Below are positions 7,965 to 16,299 of a stretch of DNA of 64,000 nucleotides, piece by piece; position 1 is the first letter of the stretch, and each line of letters opens with the position of its first letter. The stretch is from an uncultured Bacteroidales bacterium (lineage in GTDB: Bacteria > Bacteroidota > Bacteroidia > Bacteroidales > WCHB1-69). The stretch covers positions 28,736 to 92,735 of the forward strand of contig CAMHNQ010000002.1 of NCBI GenBank assembly GCA_946186495.1. Direction: 5' to 3'. Below the pieces are notes generated by a model. The model searched no databases, was not told the DNA's origin, and was given only the letters and a program-made list of their open reading frames with translations. The position numbers and the translations under genes are program-made.

Positions 7965-10900
7965 TTATCTCTTCACCACGAACGTCTTCGTCACGGCGCC
8001 AGCCTCCGTGGTCACGCGCACGAAATATAGGCCGTCGGCCAAGTCGGAGACGTTGATGCTTGTGGTTTCGCCCGTCATCGGGACGGTCTGCACCAATTTG
8101 CCATACACGTCGAACACGTGCAAGTCGGCACTCATTTGTACATTATACATTGTACATTGTACATTGACGAAGTCGTTCGCCGGGTTCGGGAACACCTTCA
8201 CGCTGTTCTCCATCCAGCTGTCGATGCCGACGTTGGTGGTGTGTGCGGTGGCGGAAGCCGTCCAGTCGCTCAGGTTGCCGTCGCCGCAGTCGGCCTGCAC
8301 CTGGATCTCGTAGTCGGTGTTGCCGTCCAAATTAGAGATGGTGTAGCTGTTGGTATTGGCGGTGGCGGAACTCCAGGAACCCTCGTTGGCCTTGCGGTAG
8401 CGGATGTTCCAGCTGTTCACGTTGGCATTGGCGTCCCAGGTCACGGTCACGGCGTGGTTCTCCACGCTGGCAACAGTCAGGCCGGTCGGCACGTCGCACG
8501 GCTCGACACCCTGCTCAAGCGTGGTGAAGGTCATCTCGTTGCCATAGACGGTCTGTCCGTTGAAGGTGATGAAGGCACGGAAGGTGTAGCCGGTGGCGGC
8601 GGTGAGGCCGGTGAGGTTGTAGCTCAGGCCGCTGCCGGTGGCGTTCACGGTGGTGTAGTCGGCTGCAGAAGCCTCTTTCCACTGGAAGCCCTTGGCGGAA
8701 ATCGTCACGTTGTCGGGGTTGGTGATGGTGCCGTTCAGCGTGGCGGTGGTCTGCGCGACAGCAGTGGCGGCGTTGGTGGCCACCGTGGGAGCCGTCGGCT
8801 CGCCCTGGTTCTGTGTGGTGAAGGTCATCTCATTGCCATACACGGTGGTGCCATTGAAGGTGATGAAGGCCTTGAAGGTGTAGTTCGTGTTGGCCGTGAG
8901 GTCGCTCAGGTTGGCCGTGAGGTTGTTGCCGCTCAGCGTGCCGGCGATCTGCGTGTAGGTGCCGCCCGTGGTGGCCTTCCACTCGAAGCCCTGCGCCGTG
9001 AGGGTCACGTTGTCGGGGTTGGTGACGGTGCCGTTCAGCGTGGCGGTGGTCTGCGCAACGTCGGTGGCGGCGGCGGTGGCTACCGTCGGGTCGGTGATTG
9101 CCGGGCCGGAGCCGTTGCAGGAGGTTGTGAAAGTGTACAAACTGCCGCCGGTCAGATCGGTGCTGGTGTAGATGACAGAGTTGTCAGGGCCTGTCACCGT
9201 GAAGCTGCATTCGTAGTCATAGTTGCCTGTGTTCCAAACCAGCGATGTGGAAACACCGTCGCACAGGTTGACGGTTTCGGTGGAAGAGGAACCGGACAAC
9301 GTGAGGGTGGCCACGGTCACGCCGTTCTGCTGCACCGAAATGGATGCGCCGTTCCAGCCGTCGCCATAGCTGTCGGAGAGGCTGAAGGTATAGACGCATT
9401 GGTCGGCGATTTCGCAGTTGGCGGTGTTGAAGCTGGCCGTGGCGGCCTGGGAGAAGCCGTCAATGCCGCAGTCGGCCATGACGACGACCGAGTAGGAGGA
9501 TCCGGCGGTCAGGCCCGTGATGGTGGCGGTGTTCTCCGTCACTGTGGTCGTGAAGTCGCCGCACGTCACCGTGTAGTTGGCGGCCGTGCCGTTCCAGGTG
9601 ACGATGGCATTGGTCATGCCGGCGGTCACGTTGAGGTTCGTGGGGGCCGGGCAGGCCACCGTGGTGGTGAAGGTGTAGGTGAGGGTGGCGTCCTCCACAT
9701 CGTCCGGGGTGGCGCAGTTGGTCACCACATACACGTCGTAGGAGGTCTCCGGGTCGAGGCCGGTCAGGTCGGCAGAGGTGGTGGTCGTGCTCACCTGGTT
9801 CCAAGTCTCCTCGGAAGTGGCCTTGTAATAGACCGTCCAGGAGTTGTGGCCGGGATCGTTGTCGGTGAAGGAGATGGTGGCGCTATGACCGTCGATGTTG
9901 GAGGCTTGGACGCTGGTCTTCACCGGGGAAGGACAGTTCGGGGCCAAGGAGACGGTGAAGTCGTCCAAGTTCCAGGACTGGCTGGCCGAGTTGCTGGTGT
10001 AGCGCAGGGCGATGCGGCCGGAAGCGGCCAGTGCGCCGTTGAAGTCGTACGGTCCCATGAAGTTGCCGTTGCCGGCGACGCCTTCCGCGTTGCCGCGCGG
10101 GCCGGGGGCACCGGCGTTCGGGACAATGACTTCAAACGAGGTGGGATCCAAAATATTGGTAATCACACCCACTTCGACTGTTCCCACTGAAGTGCTGGTG
10201 GCCGTGGCCCAGAAAGAGAGTCTCAGATCATGGATGTCGTTGGAGAATTCCGGCAACACCAGCAGGTTGCTGGCGCCCTTCAGCTCGGCAGAGTTCGAGC
10301 CGGAGTGGCAGGACTGGGCATAGCCGCAATAGACGAACGGGCCATGGTAGGTGGCGTCGGTGACGGGGGTCTCCCAGCACACGAACGGCTTCTCACCGTT
10401 GCCGGTGTAGCCCTCGAAGTTCTCGAACCAGGGCTGGTCGGCCGTGACAGTAATCTGGTCGCAGGAGGTGTTGAAGGCGGCCGGGGCGGAGAGCAACGAG
10501 GAGTCGCTACCGCAGAGGGAACGCACATACACCCGATAGGTGGAGGAGGAGGTCAGCGTGGTGAACGTGTAGGAGGTGTCGGTTGTGGTGGCATAAGCCG
10601 TGTCGTTGGTGCCGATGGCATAGACCGCATATTCGCTGGCACTGCCGCTCCAGGAGGCCGTCGCGCCCGTCATGGTGATATCAGACAAGGTGACGTTGGT
10701 CGGAGGGAAGCAGTCGGTGCACTGGGCGATCAGCTCGAAGCCGGCACCGTTGTAGTAGCTGGTGGAGAAGACCAGAGTGACAGGACCGCTGGCCGCCACG
10801 GAGGCCGTGAAGTTGCCGCTGTAGTTGGCCAGGACGCTGCCGCTGGTGCCCACGCCGTCGTAGATGTTGAGCGTGGAGCCGCTGCCGAGACTGCCGGAAC

Positions 10901-13900
10901 CGCTGAACTGCAGGCCGCTGCCCTCGGTGGCGGGATTCACCACCAACGTGAAGCTGCCGTAGGTGCCGTGGTTGCCGTTCGGACCGCCGGCGTCATAGAT
11001 GGCCATGCCGCAGGTGGTGATGGTGTCGCTGCCGGAAGTACCCATGATATATTGGCTGGTGACCACCGTCAGGGGACCCACCCAGTTGCTGCCGTAGCCG
11101 CCGCAGTCAGACTGCACGTAGAAGTCGTAGGCCGTGGAAGCGTCCAAGTTGTCGATGGTGACGGAAGTGGAGTCGCTGACGGGCACCGTGGTGCCGTTGC
11201 CTTGCGCAAAGCCCATCGGGCCGTACTCGACGTTCCAGTTCTCGGATGTGCCGAGCTCCGTCCAGGAGAGGGTCACAGAGGTCTCGCCCACTTCCGTGGT
11301 GGCGAAGTTGGTGGGATACATGCAGGTGGGACGCACCTCGACGGTCACGTCATCGATATGGTAGCTTGCGCTGCTCGAATAGCCTGTGGGCGCACCGATG
11401 ACGATGTAGCCCGTTGTCCCCGGGTAATCCGCCAAAGAGACAATCACTTCCGTGTAGTTGCTGGACAAATTCTCGAAAGTACCCAACACATGGATGCTGT
11501 CGATGGAGGCGAACTCAGGGGCGACACCCACGATGAGCGGGCGGCTTCCGGAACTTTTCTGCGCCATAAGTTTCACCTGGAGCGTGGAAATGTCATCCAC
11601 GTTCAGATTGGGAAGCCGGATGAAGGCGTAGTTCGAGGTGGCGGAACCCGTGATGATTTTGAGGGATTTGCTGCCGGAATAGGCGGTTTCATTATAGATA
11701 TAGACACCGTTTGCGACATAGCCGCTGTTGGGGGCTTCGAATTTCTGCCAGCAGTCGGGGGCGCTCCAGTCGCCGTAACTGTCGAAGTTCTCCGTCATCG
11801 GGAGCTGGGCGGCTTCGCACTGCGTCACGAAAGTGATGCGGCTGGACCATGCGCTGGTGTCGCCGGCATCGCAGATGGCGCGCACGTAGGCATCGTAGCG
11901 CTGGTTGCTGTTCAGGTTCTGCATCTGATACATGGCCGTTCCGTTCACTATGGCGATGGCGGTGCTGGTGTCGGGGTTGAAGTTCTCGTGTCCGTAGCGC
12001 ACTTCCCATTCGTTCTCCTGGTAACCGGCCGTCCAGACCAGGTCAACCGTGCTGGAGGTGACGTTGGTGGCGGCGAACTGCGTGGGGGTCGGGCAGCTCG
12101 GCAGCGTGGTGAACTGCACGGAAGCCCATTGGGAGGTGCCGTCGTCCGTGCCGCAGTCGGCCTGCACATACACCGTGTAGGAGGTCTGGGCGTTGAGGTT
12201 GCTCAACGTGATGGTGTTGTCATAGACCGTCTCCATGGTGCCGGTGCCCTGGGTGAAGCCGGTCTCGCCGTACTCCACGTTGAAGGCGGTGGCAGTGCTG
12301 GTCCAGGTGATGGTGGCATCGTTGATATAGACCGGGCTGGCCGTCACGGCCGTGGGGGCCGGACAAGCCACCGAGGTGGTGAAGTTGTAGGTGAGGGTGG
12401 CGTCATCGGAAGGCACGCCGCCGCAGTTGGTCACCACATACACGTTGTAGGTGGTCTCGGGGGCGAGGCCGGTGAGTGTGTAGAACGTGTCCGTCAGCGT
12501 GATCGGCTGCCAGTCGTTCTCGGTCTCGGTGTTCATCTTATAATATAAGGTCCAGGAGTAGTGGCTCTCGTCGTTATCGATGAAGGAGACAGTGGCGTTG
12601 TGGCCGTCGATGCCGGTGGCCGTCACGCTGGTCTTCACCGGAGAGGTGCAGTTGGGCAGCTCCGACACGGTGAGATCGTCGAAGCGGTAGCCGCAACTGT
12701 TGGCGTTGGAGACGCGGAACGCGATGTTGTGGCCGGAACCCGTGTAGGAGGACAAATAGACCACCTGGAGTTCGTAGTAGGCGGCACTGTTGCCGACCAG
12801 CGTGCTGTTCACCGTCTCCACCGTCTCGAAAGTGCTGGCATCGGAGGGGTCGGTCATGACACCCACCTCGAAGGTGCCGGAATTGCCGGTCTTGTCGAGC
12901 CAGAACTCCAGCATCAGGTTGTTGATGGCAATGCTCTCGTCGAACGCCGGCATGACCGCGATGGTCCAGCCGCCCTCGTTGACCCAGTTGAAGTCAAGGC
13001 AACCTTGGCTGCTGGCATGGGAGTAGGTGGTGCCGCTCATGTGATAGACCATCTTGTCAGGAGCGGAAGCCAGACGGCTCCAGCACTCCACATAGTTGAC
13101 AAAGTTGCTGCTGGCACCGTCTTGCACCGGAATGTAGCTCTCGAAGCCCGTGTAGTAAGGTATTGCGCTGATGGCGCCGCAGGCAGTCATGAAGCTCTTC
13201 ACGGACGACCAGTTGGTCTCGGTGTTGTCGCTGCAGACAGTCTGCACACGCACTTTGTAACCGGAAGAGGGCTGCAGGTTCGTCAAGTCAATCGAAGTGT
13301 CGGAAGCCACCAGGCTTTGGGCGTTGGCCCAGTCGCTCTCGGAGGCCGACATGTACTGCACGTTGTAGGCGGTGGCGTTGTCGCTGCCCATCCAGGAAAC
13401 GGTGGCGCCGGTGGTGGTAATGTCCGTGACCGTCACGTTCATCGGTTTTGAACAGAGCGACGGAGTCCCATACGAGAACGTCGTCTTGGGGATGAAATCC
13501 TTCTGGATAGAACTGTAGTTGTACGTGTAATTGTGAAGACTGGCTCCTGTCGCTGTCACACCGTAAAAAGAGGCACTCACCCAGTTGCCCGTGGTATTTG
13601 TGAGGTTAAACAACAAGTTTCCGCCGGTGTAATTGAACGGGACATCGAACTCGACCGTCATCACATTATTAGCGATGACAATGGCACCCGAATAGACTTG
13701 CGTCAGTGTGGTCATGTCATCAAAAGAGTCACTGGCAAAGACGGAATCCGTCGAAATGCCAAAGCTGATGGTGATGGTGGAGGAGAGTGAAGGGCTACTG
13801 TTCAGATAGAATTCCATCTGGGTAATTGAATAGCCCTGCATGTTGGCCAACATACTCTCAGGATAGATGATCTGTGTGTGCTGTACATCATCCATGTAAT

Positions 13901-14030
13901 AGCCATAGAACGGCACGTAGCTGTTGGTCTCCGTGCCGTCGGCCACCGTCAAGGTGTTCTGCGCCGACAACGGTGTCGCGGCGAAGCCGAACACCAGAAT
14001 GGTCAGCAAAGTAAATAGAATTTTTTTCAT
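7965..14030 (-). CDS. Giant cell-surface protein, type A T9SS cargo; paralog of the 862-7617 gene (Fn3-like units, xFExFE modules, CUB-like domain)
   Basis: ORF track, 2021 aa. Signal peptide MKKILFTLLTILVFGFAATPLSAQ. A long block (QPWFENFEGYTGNGEKPFVCWETPVTDATYHGPFVYCGYAQSCHSGSNSAELKG...WNLDDFTVSLAPNCPSP) is clearly homologous to TPWFEDFESIIGGGPEQFICWKTPVVDNVYHGPYLYCGHYPSCHSGANSAEFKG...WNLDDFTVELIPSCPEP in the neighbouring gene. C-terminal type A CTD: VKVFPNPANDFVNVQ...GLYFVRVTTEAGAVTKTFVVKR. Confidence 0.9.
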   Translation of the reverse strand: MKKILFTLLTILVFGFAATPLSAQNTLTVADGTETNSYVPFYGYYMDDVQHTQIIYPESMLANMQGYSITQMEFYLNSSPSLSSTITISFGISTDSVFASDSFDDMTTLTQVYSGAIVIANNVMTVEFDVPFNYTGGNLLFNLTNTTGNWVSASFYGVTATGASLHNYTYNYSSIQKDFIPKTTFSYGTPSLCSKPMNVTVTDITTTGATVSWMGSDNATAYNVQYMSASESDWANAQSLVASDTSIDLTNLQPSSGYKVRVQTVCSDNTETNWSSVKSFMTACGAISAIPYYTGFESYIPVQDGASSNFVNYVECWSRLASAPDKMVYHMSGTTYSHASSQGCLDFNWVNEGGWTIAVMPAFDESIAINNLMLEFWLDKTGNSGTFEVGVMTDPSDASTFETVETVNSTLVGNSAAYYELQVVYLSSYTGSGHNIAFRVSNANSCGYRFDDLTVSELPNCTSPVKTSVTATGIDGHNATVSFIDNDESHYSWTLYYKMNTETENDWQPITLTDTFYTLTGLAPETTYNVYVVTNCGGVPSDDATLTYNFTTSVACPAPTAVTASPVYINDATITWTSTATAFNVEYGETGFTQGTGTMETVYDNTITLSNLNAQTSYTVYVQADCGTDDGTSQWASVQFTTLPSCPTPTQFAATNVTSSTVDLVWTAGYQENEWEVRYGHENFNPDTSTAIAIVNGTAMYQMQNLNSNQRYDAYVRAICDAGDTSAWSSRITFVTQCEAAQLPMTENFDSYGDWSAPDCWQKFEAPNSGYVANGVYIYNETAYSGSKSLKIITGSATSNYAFIRLPNLNVDDISTLQVKLMAQKSSGSRPLIVGVAPEFASIDSIHVLGTFENLSSNYTEVIVSLADYPGTTGYIVIGAPTGYSSSASYHIDDVTVEVRPTCMYPTNFATTEVGETSVTLSWTELGTSENWNVEYGPMGFAQGNGTTVPVSDSTSVTIDNLDASTAYDFYVQSDCGGYGSNWVGPLTVVTSQYIMGTSGSDTITTCGMAIYDAGGPNGNHGTYGSFTLVVNPATEGSGLQFSGSGSLGSGSTLNIYDGVGTSGSVLANYSGNFTASVAASGPVTLVFSTSYYNGAGFELIAQCTDCFPPTNVTLSDITMTGATASWSGSASEYAVYAIGTNDTAYATTTDTSYTFTTLTSSSTYRVYVRSLCGSDSSLLSAPAAFNTSCDQITVTADQPWFENFEGYTGNGEKPFVCWETPVTDATYHGPFVYCGYAQSCHSGSNSAELKGASNLLVLPEFSNDIHDLRLSFWATATSTSVGTVEVGVITNILDPTSFEVIVPNAGAPGPRGNAEGVAGNGNFMGPYDFNGALAASGRIALRYTSNSASQSWNLDDFTVSLAPNCPSPVKTSVQASNIDGHSATISFTDNDPGHNSWTVYYKATSEETWNQVSTTTTSADLTGLDPETSYDVYVVTNCATPDDVEDATLTYTFTTTVACPAPTNLNVTAGMTNAIVTWNGTAANYTVTCGDFTTTVTENTATITGLTAGSSYSVVVMADCGIDGFSQAATASFNTANCEIADQCVYTFSLSDSYGDGWNGASISVQQNGVTVATLTLSGSSSTETVNLCDGVSTSLVWNTGNYDYECSFTVTGPDNSVIYTSTDLTGGSLYTFTTSCNGSGPAITDPTVATAAATDVAQTTATLNGTVTNPDNVTLTAQGFEWKATTGGTYTQIAGTLSGNNLTANLSDLTANTNYTFKAFITFNGTTVYGNEMTFTTQNQGEPTAPTVATNAATAVAQTTATLNGTITNPDNVTISAKGFQWKEASAADYTTVNATGSGLSYNLTGLTAATGYTFRAFITFNGQTVYGNEMTFTTLEQGVEPCDVPTGLTVASVENHAVTVTWDANANVNSWNIRYRKANEGSWSSATANTNSYTISNLDGNTDYEIQVQADCGDGNLSDWTASATAHTTNVGIDSWMENSVKVFPNPANDFVNVQCTMYNVQMSADLHVFDVYGKLVQTVPMTGETTSINVSDLADGLYFVRVTTEAGAVTKTFVVKR
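8146..8173. repeat. Heptamer tandem repeat TTGTACA x4 (one copy TTATACA) inside the CTD-coding part of the 2021-aa gene
   Basis: ttgtaca ttataca ttgtaca ttgtaca read directly at 8146-8173. It encodes ..VQCTMYNVQMS.. on the minus strand. Confidence 0.85.
8515..9115 (-). repeat. In-frame tandem duplication (2 units of about 294-300 nt, about 98-100 aa) within the 2021-aa gene
   Basis: The protein shows ..VATAAATDVAQTTATLNGTVTNPDNVTLTAQGFEWK...TFKAFITFNGTTVYGNEMTFTT followed by ..VATNAATAVAQTTATLNGTITNPDNVTISAKGFQWK...TFRAFITFNGQTVYGNEMTFTT. The string gtggtgaaggtcatctc occurs at 8521 and 8815. Confidence 0.8.
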
Positions 14031-14093
14031 AATTTATTGATTTGGTGAATAATAATTGATGGATTCATTCTGTTTGCCTCAATAAGAGGACTG

Positions 14094-14101
14094 CAAAAGT
14101 A
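14094..14101 (-). promoter_or_regulatory. Candidate -7 box (TACTTTTG) for the 2021-aa gene
   Basis: The reverse complement of caaaagta matches TAnnTTTG. It lies 64 nt upstream of the ATG at 14030. Confidence 0.45.
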
Positions 14102-14212
14102 CAATATATATTTATTGAAAACGCAAAGTTGATAACTTTTGACAAAATGCAGCGGTTTGCATCCTTTCCGTCCACGAGTTGTCGTTAGCCTCCAGTGTGT
14201 AGGGCTGGAAGG

Positions 14213-16264
14213 TCACAACTTGATGATTTTTCGGGTGATTACGCTGTCGTCGGTCCGGATGACGAGGAAGTAGATTCCGGGGGAGAGGCTGTTTGTGAGC
14301 AAGGTGGTGGACTCCGAGTGCGGGGTCTCGAAACGGATCGTACGGTTCTCGGTGTTGCGTATCTCCACGGAACGGATGGGTGTTGCGGCGTTCAGGGTCA
14401 ACCGGTCGGCGACTGGGTTGGGGTAGGCGTGTACCCATGTCTCCTCATAATCCTCCACGCCGGTGAACCCGCCGGTGTAGTCTATGCTGAATCCGCTTCC
14501 GGTTACCCGCTCGTCGGTCTCGAACACGAGCATCAGCCGGTTGGCGTCCACCACGAAGGAGGAGTCCGTGATATGACCGGTCAAGGACATCATGTAGTTG
14601 GCTTCGGAGACGGTGTTCCGATAGAAATGCAGGAAGTCGTGCCCCGGTTCAATGTCCATTGCGTTGATGTGGAATGCTATCGCGTTGGAGTGGTTCAGGA
14701 TGATGCGGAACCGGCAGTTGGTGAAGTTGTTGTACTCGTTGTCCCCGCTGCCATCCGTGATGGTGCCTGTCGGGGAGTTGAACAGCTTCACGCCGCTGCA
14801 GAAGATCTCTTGTTCGGAGGTGTAGTGGGCGCGGAAGCCTTCGCTCGAGTCGGAGTGTGTGCGAAGGTTCACCGTCAATGTGGTCGTGCCCCAGTTGACA
14901 CTGAGGGTGCCGGTGTCGGCGGTCCGCATCTCGAATGTGTTCACGCCGGGGTTGCTGATGTATAACGTGTCTCCGGCGGCAATTTGGTAGTGGAGGGTCA
15001 GGGAGACGCCTGTCAGGTTGCTGGTCTCAGGGGCGATTTCCCAAGTGTAGTCCATCCCGGCGGGGCAAGCGGCGGCCGTCGCGGCCCCATCGGTGAAAGT
15101 GCCTTCAGGGGCGGTCAGCGTCATGCCGCCAGTCAGCGGCTGGGCCACAGGATAGACGTACTGCGCGGTGTCCGGGTAGGCATTGATGATCAGCTCCTGC
15201 GCGAGGTTGAAGTTGTTGGAGCCCACAATCAGGGAGCTGGTGTAGAAGTCGCCGTCCATATAGCCGCCCCATCCGAAGTTGAAGTGGAACAGGTAGCTGC
15301 TGTCAATGTGCTTGTAACCGTCGCATATGAACCCGTGCCCGTTGATGTTAGGCAGGCTCCAACCCGCATAATACAACGGCATTCTGCGATTCAAATGGCT
15401 GACAATCACGCTGTCCCAGTTGAGGTCCGTGGAGTCACGGTAAAGGTATTCCGTTTCGGGGGAGTATTTGAAGAAAGTGCGCAGCACGCGGGCGGCGCTG
15501 TGGTTGTACATGCCGGATCCGGCGGGGCTATAATGCATGTCAACGCCTACCCCGAAATGGTAAATCAGCTTGCATATCTCGGGGTTGATGGCGGTCGGCA
15601 CGTCGCACATGGCGTTGTAGTCATAGACCGCTGCCCCGTAGTCTGCCGACTGCACCCCGTAGTTCTCGTCGGTATAGGAGTAGCTGCCAACGCCGGTTTC
15701 GGGGAAACGGTAGTAGTAGATGAGTTGTGCCATGGCCGTGGCCACACATCCTGTCACCACATGGCCGTTGATGCCTGCCGGGTCGCGTGGACAGTAGTAG
15801 TTGTAGTACTCGCCTTGGTCCCAGCGAGACAAGATCAAAGGCTCGACGAGGTAGTCTGTCCGGAACGCGGGGGCACCGTCCAAGATCGCCTCCCAGCGCT
15901 TGACAAACGCGGGCTGGACGATATGCTGCTTCTTCACTTGCTCGATTTGCCGGGCGTAATGGTCGATCCACATCTCAAAGGGGGCCACAGCGTCGGCGTC
16001 GTTGTAGGTCTGGTGGTCCACGTACGCCAGTACTGGCTCCACGCTCTTGTCGCCGGCCACTACCACGAAGGCGTTCTCGGCATTGAAGAAGTAGAGCAGG
16101 TTGTCGTGCTCGTCGCCTGTGATTTTTGCGCAGGAGACCAGAGTCTTCCCTTGGCTTTCGAGGAAGCGTCCGGCAACTGTAGCGGCCTCCTGGACGGTGA
16201 CCGGTTGCCCTATGCAAAGGCTCACGGCGAAAATGCCCAATATAGAAAGTGTTGTTTTTTTCAT
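14213..16264 (-). CDS. C10-family (streptopain-like) cysteine peptidase with CUB-like domain and type A T9SS CTD
   Basis: 683 aa with a signal peptide. Propeptide-like N-terminus (QPVTVQEAATVAGRFLE..). Catalytic Cys context VTGCVATAMAQLIYYY and His context NGHGFICDGY. CUB-like CSGVKLFNSPTGTITDGSGDNEYNNFTNC. CTD: YPNPVADRLTL...GIYFLVIRTDDSVITRKIIKL. Confidence 0.85.
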   Translation of the reverse strand: MKKTTLSILGIFAVSLCIGQPVTVQEAATVAGRFLESQGKTLVSCAKITGDEHDNLLYFFNAENAFVVVAGDKSVEPVLAYVDHQTYNDADAVAPFEMWIDHYARQIEQVKKQHIVQPAFVKRWEAILDGAPAFRTDYLVEPLILSRWDQGEYYNYYCPRDPAGINGHVVTGCVATAMAQLIYYYRFPETGVGSYSYTDENYGVQSADYGAAVYDYNAMCDVPTAINPEICKLIYHFGVGVDMHYSPAGSGMYNHSAARVLRTFFKYSPETEYLYRDSTDLNWDSVIVSHLNRRMPLYYAGWSLPNINGHGFICDGYKHIDSSYLFHFNFGWGGYMDGDFYTSSLIVGSNNFNLAQELIINAYPDTAQYVYPVAQPLTGGMTLTAPEGTFTDGAATAAACPAGMDYTWEIAPETSNLTGVSLTLHYQIAAGDTLYISNPGVNTFEMRTADTGTLSVNWGTTTLTVNLRTHSDSSEGFRAHYTSEQEIFCSGVKLFNSPTGTITDGSGDNEYNNFTNCRFRIILNHSNAIAFHINAMDIEPGHDFLHFYRNTVSEANYMMSLTGHITDSSFVVDANRLMLVFETDERVTGSGFSIDYTGGFTGVEDYEETWVHAYPNPVADRLTLNAATPIRSVEIRNTENRTIRFETPHSESTTLLTNSLSPGIYFLVIRTDDSVITRKIIKL

Positions 16265-16299
16265 GACAAGATATCTAAATTAGGACGGATGGTGGTTTG

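Noticed and set aside
8118-12548. Very long plus-strand ORFs (8118-10190, 690 aa; 10230-12548, 772 aa). Similar cases are 46526-49024 (832 aa), 33209-34876 (555 aa), 19854-21281, 43261-44550, 22296-23297, 23573-24733, 25541-26437 and 29311-30645.
   Set aside because: They lie antisense to genes with clear motifs or homology. Their products are Gly/Val/Ala/Arg/His-rich with no motifs, which is the usual shadow-ORF artefact of GC-rich coding DNA.
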